A stretch of 37,603 nucleotides of DNA from an uncultured Candidatus Peribacteria bacterium (GTDB lineage: Bacteria; Patescibacteriota; Gracilibacteria; UBA1369), in NCBI GenBank assembly GCA_964360095.1, contig CAYHVY010000001.1, forward strand, positions 1 to 37,603. The letters run 5' to 3'. The notes under the pieces were generated by a model, which saw only the letters and a list, made by a program, of their open reading frames with translations, was not told the origin of the DNA and made no database searches. Below are positions 32,766-37,603 of this stretch, piece by piece. Positions within the stretch are counted from its first letter, which is position 1, and each line of letters begins with the position of its first letter. Position numbers and translations under genes: made by a program.

Positions 32766-33139
32766 GGTATTTTAACCACCATCTTAATTTTTTTAACATC
32801 ATCCGCAAGCTGTTTTTTGAGACTTTCAACAGTGCTAAAATCTTTTGTTTTTCGGATTTTTTTGAGGATCTCCACGCGCACTTTCTGCCCATACAAATCC
32901 CCTTCAAAATCCAGCAAATGAACTTCAAGAGATGGCTTTAAAATGCCAAATATTGATATTGGACCAAAATGCAGCGCTCCAAAAAAAACACCTGTTTGAG
33001 TATACACTTTGGCAGCGTAAACACCAAAAGGCAATTCAAGCTTACCGTAAGCCAAATTAATGGTCGGAAAACCCAATGCATTCCCCTTGCCCATGCCACG
33101 AATTACTTGACTGGCGATGATTTTATATATTTTTGGCAT
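32762..33139 (-). CDS. Riboflavin kinase (stand-alone RFK domain, no FAD synthetase domain)
   Basis: GMGKGNALGFPTINL and LEVHLLDFEGDLYGQKVRVEIL motifs are present. The ATG at 33139 overlaps the upstream gene's end by 17 nt. Confidence 0.8.
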   Translation of the reverse strand: MPKIYKIIASQVIRGMGKGNALGFPTINLAYGKLELPFGVYAAKVYTQTGVFFGALHFGPISIFGILKPSLEVHLLDFEGDLYGQKVRVEILKKIRKTKDFSTVESLKKQLADDVKKIKMVVKIP

Positions 33140-34451
33140 TTGACCGGGAGGATAGTGGCAACAAAACAATCGCTACGATAAGCCAAAATAAAAGCGCGAG
33201 ATCGTTTTTAAAAAATGGGGTGTCAAAAAAGCCGTGAAAAATTATGATAAACAGCATAAAGAAGGCAATAACTTTGATTTGGACAAAAGAATCAAGGGTG
33301 TGTTTGTGAAATGTTTTTACGAGGGGCCAAATTTTGCGGATACACAAAACAATAATCCATAGGAACGCCGCTAGTCCAATCAACCCCAGATTCAGCCAGA
33401 AAGCCAAAAATAAATTATGTGGATGCAGCATGTTCCACTCATACGGCGCGTGCCCTAGAATACGGGGCGCTTCCAATTGATAAAAAACCGGAAATTGTCC
33501 TAACCCAAGGCCTAAAAAGGGATGTTCCGCGATAAGACGCATGGCAATCTGATAAACCTCAAGTCTAACTGCCGAAGAGGTTCTCTCAGTTATAACGGTA
33601 AACGTTTGCCATTTCACGGGATCTAAAAAAATAACAATCAGTATAACCGCAAGCGAAAAAGCAATAATACCAAAATATAATCTCTTGCGGGAAAACAATC
33701 TGTATCGCAAGGATAAATAGCATATAACAGCAATTATAACGGCCATAATCGCCGCATATGATTTTGTGAATAGCAAAGCCAAAGAAAGCGCTATAAAAGC
33801 CATGAAAGCGTCAAAAGCAAAATCTTTTAATCGCGTGAATGTGTAAAAAACAGCCGGCGTAAGGTACAAAGCAAGATAATTGGCGGAAATAAAAGGGCCG
33901 GAGGCGCGCGCGTCATCGGTAATATAATGCCTGGTTATAACCTGATATAAAGCCCATAAAGCTAGTGGCATGCAGGATAAAGTATAGAAATTCAAAAGTT
34001 GCCTAAAATCTTTTTCTTCACGCAGAAAAAAGGCAAAAAGTGAGAACATGAGGAGCGGCGCAACAATCCAGCCTTTTAAAATACCAAAAGCGATTTTTTG
34101 CGACTCAAAAAGCGTTTTCCCGTCAATCAAAAACATTTCTTTCGGAACAATCAAAGCTGAAATAATTGACGCAAACAGCACGAGCGCTATAGGAAGCCAA
34201 ATTTTATCACAAAATATAGACCATTGTATAAAAAATTTATTCAGTATTAAATGGATAACGAGAGCAGAAAAAGTAACATAAATCAGGCATTCAATCACGG
34301 TAAATGGAATTCCAGCAATTTTAAAATTCAACAAATATGCCGGAAAAAACAAAGGCAAAGCCAAAACAGCCCATTTCGGCTTAAACAGAGCAAAAATAAA
34401 ATATGCGACTATTAAGACATAATACAAAAAGGTTTGCGAAGCAAACTCCAT
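33123..34451 (-). CDS. O-antigen ligase / Wzy_C-family polytopic membrane protein
   Basis: The protein has 10 or more TM segments. The loop motif HPHNLFLAFWLNLGLIG resembles the Wzy_C signature. Confidence 0.65.
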   Translation of the reverse strand: MEFASQTFLYYVLIVAYFIFALFKPKWAVLALPLFFPAYLLNFKIAGIPFTVIECLIYVTFSALVIHLILNKFFIQWSIFCDKIWLPIALVLFASIISALIVPKEMFLIDGKTLFESQKIAFGILKGWIVAPLLMFSLFAFFLREEKDFRQLLNFYTLSCMPLALWALYQVITRHYITDDARASGPFISANYLALYLTPAVFYTFTRLKDFAFDAFMAFIALSLALLFTKSYAAIMAVIIAVICYLSLRYRLFSRKRLYFGIIAFSLAVILIVIFLDPVKWQTFTVITERTSSAVRLEVYQIAMRLIAEHPFLGLGLGQFPVFYQLEAPRILGHAPYEWNMLHPHNLFLAFWLNLGLIGLAAFLWIIVLCIRKIWPLVKTFHKHTLDSFVQIKVIAFFMLFIIIFHGFFDTPFFKNDLALLFWLIVAIVLLPLSSRSNAKNI

Positions 34452-34493
34452 AAATTCATAATTTTTAATTTCTAATTTCTAATTACTAATCAC
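34452..34493. repeat. Six 7-nt units (AAATTCA TAATTTT TAATTTC TAATTTC TAATTAC TAATCAC) between the hpf stop and the ligase-like start
   Basis: Read directly from the sequence. The hpf TGA (34490-34492) lies in the last unit. Confidence 0.75.
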
Positions 34494-35065
34494 TTATTCT
34501 CCATTTCCAGCAAACCATAGCTGCCATCTTCACGCCTATAAACAATCCCAAATTTTCCATTGGCAGAATTAGTGAAAGCGTAAAAATTGTGCCCCAAAAG
34601 CTCCATCTGTTCAGCCGCCTCTTCTTCATGCATCGGTTTTGAATCTGAAAATTTTTTCCGCTTACTGATTTTAGACACAGGAAAAACGCCACCGCCGGCA
34701 TCAGAGCTGATTTCTTCTAATGTTGAAGATGGAATCCACTGCCCCGAAAGATCTCTACGGTTGCGTCGGGCCTTGTAACGTTCCAATTGTTTTTTTAGTT
34801 TTTCAACCACCAAATCAGTTGCTTCTTCCACGGTAACACCGAGTATTTCCGCGCGCACAACTGCATGCGGCACAAACATCGTTACCTGAAGTGAAATATT
34901 TTTGTTGGATGTTTTTATGTTATTGGACTCAATATCCACATGGACTGTTGTTGACTCATCATCCACGCGTTGGCCCAAATGTTTAAGATGAGTAATTTTT
35001 TCCTCAATGTACTCGCGCTGCGCGTCACTTAAATTGATATGCCGATGGACAATGGTAATTTGCAT
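34490..35065 (-). CDS. hpf: Ribosome hibernation promoting factor, long form
   Basis: The N-terminal RaiA/S30AE-like domain reads MQITIVHRHINLSDAQREYIEEKI. The C-terminal dimerisation domain reads FYAFTNSANGKFGIVYRREDGSYGLLE. Confidence 0.88.
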   Translation of the reverse strand: MQITIVHRHINLSDAQREYIEEKITHLKHLGQRVDDESTTVHVDIESNNIKTSNKNISLQVTMFVPHAVVRAEILGVTVEEATDLVVEKLKKQLERYKARRNRRDLSGQWIPSSTLEEISSDAGGGVFPVSKISKRKKFSDSKPMHEEEAAEQMELLGHNFYAFTNSANGKFGIVYRREDGSYGLLEMENK

Positions 35066-35153
35066 AATATCAAAAAAATTATAATAACGGCGGCATTATA
35101 TCATTTGGGTGCAAAAAATCGAGGGATATACGTTTCCATGACTGCAAGCGTAA

Positions 35154-35834
35154 TCAGCGTTTTTTGAACTCCAAAACCCCTTCAGCAAGCTCAAAAAGAA
35201 CAGTTTGAGGATCCAGGGCTTTTGTCACGCCGGAAGCTAGCAACACGCCACCTGCGCCGAGTTCAAGGCTGCGATACACATCATTTTTTGTCTTGATACC
35301 GGCGCCAATGAGGACTTTTCCTTTTCCGATCATTGAAACGGCATCGGTAATAACTTGTGGATTCGCCGTGGTAACAGAAACATCGCCTCCAATAAGTTCT
35401 GGGGGCTCAACAGCAATCAGGTCAGGATCAAGTTCGGATATTGCTTTGCCAGCATACGCCGTGTCAGCGCAGACAAGCGTGAAAAAACCAATAGCACGAG
35501 CCATTTCTATGGATTTTTCAAGAATATCCAGTGACAATTTTCGTTCAGCGTGATTGATAAGCGACCCTGTGGCGCCAGCCTCCTGTAAAGCGCGCGGGGA
35601 AAGATGGCCTGTATAAGCCCCAAATTCAATTGGATCAAAATGCTGGGCAAAAACAGGAATGTCAACAGAACCTGCAATCAGACGCAAATCCATGGGCTGC
35701 ACGGCTATTGCGAAAGAAACGCCTGTTTTTTTCGCGACATATTGATGAATTTTCGCGAGCTCAAGGGCTTTTTCACCTGTAGCCTGTTCGTACGATTTAA
35801 AATTTACAACAATAAGAGGAAAGTTCAGTTTCAT
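35154..35834 (-). CDS. tpiA: Triosephosphate isomerase, short archaeal type
   Basis: At 226 aa it is short. VNFKSYEQATGEKALELAKI, INHAERK, IAVEPPELIGG and GVLLASGVTKA match archaeal TIMs rather than the bacterial GNWKMN type. Confidence 0.88.
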   Translation of the reverse strand: MKLNFPLIVVNFKSYEQATGEKALELAKIHQYVAKKTGVSFAIAVQPMDLRLIAGSVDIPVFAQHFDPIEFGAYTGHLSPRALQEAGATGSLINHAERKLSLDILEKSIEMARAIGFFTLVCADTAYAGKAISELDPDLIAVEPPELIGGDVSVTTANPQVITDAVSMIGKGKVLIGAGIKTKNDVYRSLELGAGGVLLASGVTKALDPQTVLFELAEGVLEFKKR

Positions 35835-35960
35835 AAATAAAGGATAGCCCTCCGGGCACTTGATGGCTAGGGCTTCCGCTACGCTCCAGCCTAATAGTAA
35901 TCCATATGGAACGTAAATCTATATTCCCTACAAATCACTATAACTTTAGCTGAGAGAACC

Positions 35961-35977
35961 GTAGCCGGCAAGGCTAC
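35961..35977. repeat. Short GTAG...CTAC hairpin just after the stop of the upstream minus-strand gene (possible terminator)
   Basis: GTAGCC-ggcaa-GGCTAC is nested within a second partial inverted repeat (GAACCGTAG / CTACGGTT). Confidence 0.45.
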
Positions 35978-35989
35978 ATAACAAAATCT

Positions 35990-37603
35990 CTACGGTTTCT
36001 GACGAATTATAATATCCAAATTAGCTCCCGGAATATCCACCACGCGAATACCACGTAAAAGGGCTTCGTAATTTTTCTCAATGGCTTCAATACGAATATC
36101 CAGTTTTTTTACCGCTTTTTCGTAAAAATCCAGAATCTGCTGTAGAGCCGAAAGACGAGCTTTTAAAGCTGTCTGTTTTTGAGCAACATCAACAAAACTC
36201 TGAAGTAGAAAATTTGCTTTTTCGCCGGCAAGACCTTCCAAAGACGCAAAAAAGTCCTGTTCAAGATTTTTTCTGTCAGGTCCAAGACTGTTAAAAGAAA
36301 TCTTCAAATCATCAATCTGCAAACCAAGTTCCTTAATAATTCTCGCGCTATTAGTGCGAACATTTTTAATTTTGCCAAGATAATCGGCAAGTTTAGAATC
36401 GCGCTGCGATGTCTGGTTTAACATGGCATACACATCTGTATCATACAGACTTTTGAGCTCACGGAGATTATGAATATACTCAATAAAAAGAGTTGCTCTT
36501 GCAAGCATATCTTTATATTGTCCATAATGATAAGCGGCCGTAATACCTGTTTCGCCTGCGACTGCAGGCTCGGCAAGTTTTCCAAAATAAAAGGCGTTTT
36601 TTATTGATGGAGTAACAACGTCTGTCAACGAACCGCTGTTTTTCGCAAAGATATAAGCGGTTCTGATTCCCCACGCGCGCAAAAATCCTTCATCTACACG
36701 GATTTCAACTGGCGCGGGAGGTGTTTTTGATTGGAAAAAAGCCATTATTTGACCATATGCAGATCTGCCGATATTGACCGCGATCCCGCTCGCAAACAAA
36801 AATCCCAAAAAAACAACAACTGCTGTAAGAACCACATATTTGAGGCGCAAATGCGCTCCCGCAAAAGCGGCGCCGTTTCCAAACTTTTTCTTAAAACCCG
36901 CTGAAAAACTGCCGCCAACCCCGGCTTTGGCCGCACCGCCAGTAGATTTTTCCTGTATTTCAGCGGCCTCAGCATGATCACTTAGCTCCTCCTGCGTAGA
37001 AATCTCCTGCTGATTGATAGGCACGGATTCTTCCACAAATTCTTCCTGCTCAATGATTTCAGGAGCGGTATTTTCCTCGGCTTCAGTAGGTGCGGGCTTC
37101 AAATCCACCCCTACGTCATGGGATGGAAAAAGCTCCGGAAATGGCTCTTTTGCTTCGTATTCGGGAGAGGTAGGGGCAGGTTTCAAACCCGCCCCTACCT
37201 CTTGAGGTTCAGGCTGCGGTTCTGGAGGCACGGACACGAATTCAGATTCCGGCTGGACAGTTGAAGGTTGAATATCGGACAATGACGGCTCTATCACGGC
37301 AGGCTCTTTTTTCGCTTCTGGTTCTGGCTGCACCACGGAACGCGGATCCGAGTTCCCTACGTCAGGGTTTTTTAATTCTTGCGCTTCTTCTGTGGAATGA
37401 AGGTCTTCGTTCCCTACGTTGGTTTCTTGAGGCGGAGGTCCAATGAAAGTGTGGTGCTGAACAGACGGATAAATGTCTTCCAGGGACTCCGTCAACGGCA
37501 AAGGCGCAAGATCTTGTACCTCTGCTTTTTGCGATTCCGATCCTGGTTCTAGCGGTAATTGTGTTTTTTCCTTTGAAGTTTTTTTAACTGTTTTTTTCTT
37601 TTC
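35990..37603 (-). CDS. Hypothetical membrane-anchored protein with a Pro/Glu-rich N-terminal region (5' end outside the window)
   Basis: The frame stays open from the TTG at 37501 to the window edge (EKKKTVKKTSKEKTQLPLEPGSESQKAEVQDLAP...). It has one TM segment (YVVLTAVVVFLGFLFASGIAV) followed by a helical C-terminal domain. Confidence 0.6.
   Translation of the reverse strand, partial: EKKKTVKKTSKEKTQLPLEPGSESQKAEVQDLAPLPLTESLEDIYPSVQHHTFIGPPPQETNVGNEDLHSTEEAQELKNPDVGNSDPRSVVQPEPEAKKEPAVIEPSLSDIQPSTVQPESEFVSVPPEPQPEPQEVGAGLKPAPTSPEYEAKEPFPELFPSHDVGVDLKPAPTEAEENTAPEIIEQEEFVEESVPINQQEISTQEELSDHAEAAEIQEKSTGGAAKAGVGGSFSAGFKKKFGNGAAFAGAHLRLKYVVLTAVVVFLGFLFASGIAVNIGRSAYGQIMAFFQSKTPPAPVEIRVDEGFLRAWGIRTAYIFAKNSGSLTDVVTPSIKNAFYFGKLAEPAVAGETGITAAYHYGQYKDMLARATLFIEYIHNLRELKSLYDTDVYAMLNQTSQRDSKLADYLGKIKNVRTNSARIIKELGLQIDDLKISFNSLGPDRKNLEQDFFASLEGLAGEKANFLLQSFVDVAQKQTALKARLSALQQILDFYEKAVKKLDIRIEAIEKNYEALLRGIRVVDIPGANLDIIIRQKP
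37086..37114. repeat. Degenerate copy of the GAGLKPAPT-type hairpin element, in frame
   Basis: GTAGGTGCGGGCTTCAAATCCACCCCTAC encodes VGVDLKPAPT on the minus strand. Confidence 0.6.
37166..37202. repeat. 37-nt REP-like hairpin (GTAG...CTAC) in frame inside a CDS
   Basis: AGAGGTAGGGGCAGGTTT-C-AAACCCGCCCCTACCTCT has a single A/C mismatch that becomes a G-U pair on the coding (minus) strand. It encodes EVGAGLKPAPTS. Confidence 0.8.

Noticed and set aside
664-37446. There are many 60-170-aa ORFs in the six-frame track, antisense to or out of frame with the large genes. Examples are 664-876, 2359-2772, 4483-4989, 9365-9715, 11446-11844, 17103-17676, 20527-20925, 26565-26953, 28477-28970, 30033-30395, 31113-32011 and 36745-37446.
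   Set aside because: They lie entirely inside confidently identified genes on the other strand or frame and have low-complexity or Cys/Arg/Phe-rich translations. I recognise no motifs in them, so I treat them as shadow ORFs.
1-37603. A possible alternative genetic code (UGA recoded, as in some candidate phyla).
   Set aside because: Conserved proteins have normal lengths under the standard code. TGA also ends well-defined genes at sensible positions (AbiEi-like, murE, hpf).

Overview
This is a 37.6-kb, gene-dense, low-GC bacterial chromosome fragment that uses the standard genetic code (TAA, TAG and TGA all end long ORFs). The gene content points to a small-genome, Candidate Phyla Radiation/Patescibacteria-like organism, which is inference only. 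That content includes a fused SecDF, an archaeal-type triosephosphate isomerase, a stand-alone riboflavin kinase, a split ManC, and very short Shine-Dalgarno-poor spacers. Housekeeping genes fill most of the window. On the + strand, 0-5.2 kb carries gpmI (partial), a ManC-like pair and secDF, and 16-24.5 kb carries priA, trpS, pyrG and lgt. On the - strand, 24.5-37.6 kb carries greA, rpoD, dnaG, a WecA-like GT4, truB, murE, a riboflavin kinase, an O-antigen-ligase-like protein, hpf and tpiA. An accessory block lies between 5.3 and 15.9 kb. It holds an AbiEi/AbiEii toxin-antitoxin pair abutting tRNA-Arg(UCG), a COG1373-type ATPase-nuclease behind a consensus promoter, and a three-gene Fic operon. 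The operon encodes a small coiled-coil protein, a 1389-aa giant Fic protein and a paralogous 290-aa Fic protein. The block also holds an orphan DinJ/RelB antitoxin and a PPP-family metallophosphoesterase whose promoter box nearly matches that of the Fic operon. Three other observations stand out. First, tandem parvulin PPIase-like modules are embedded in the periplasmic head of SecD. Second, a family of GTAG...CTAC REP-like hairpins and a 58-nt GC-rich repeat sit in frame inside coding sequences (priA, dnaG, truB and two hypothetical proteins), with compensatory stem substitutions between copies. Third, degenerate 7-bp-period AATT-type repeat tracts fill at least eight short spacers right next to start and stop codons. 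No CRISPR array, rRNA, transposase or integrase gene was seen.
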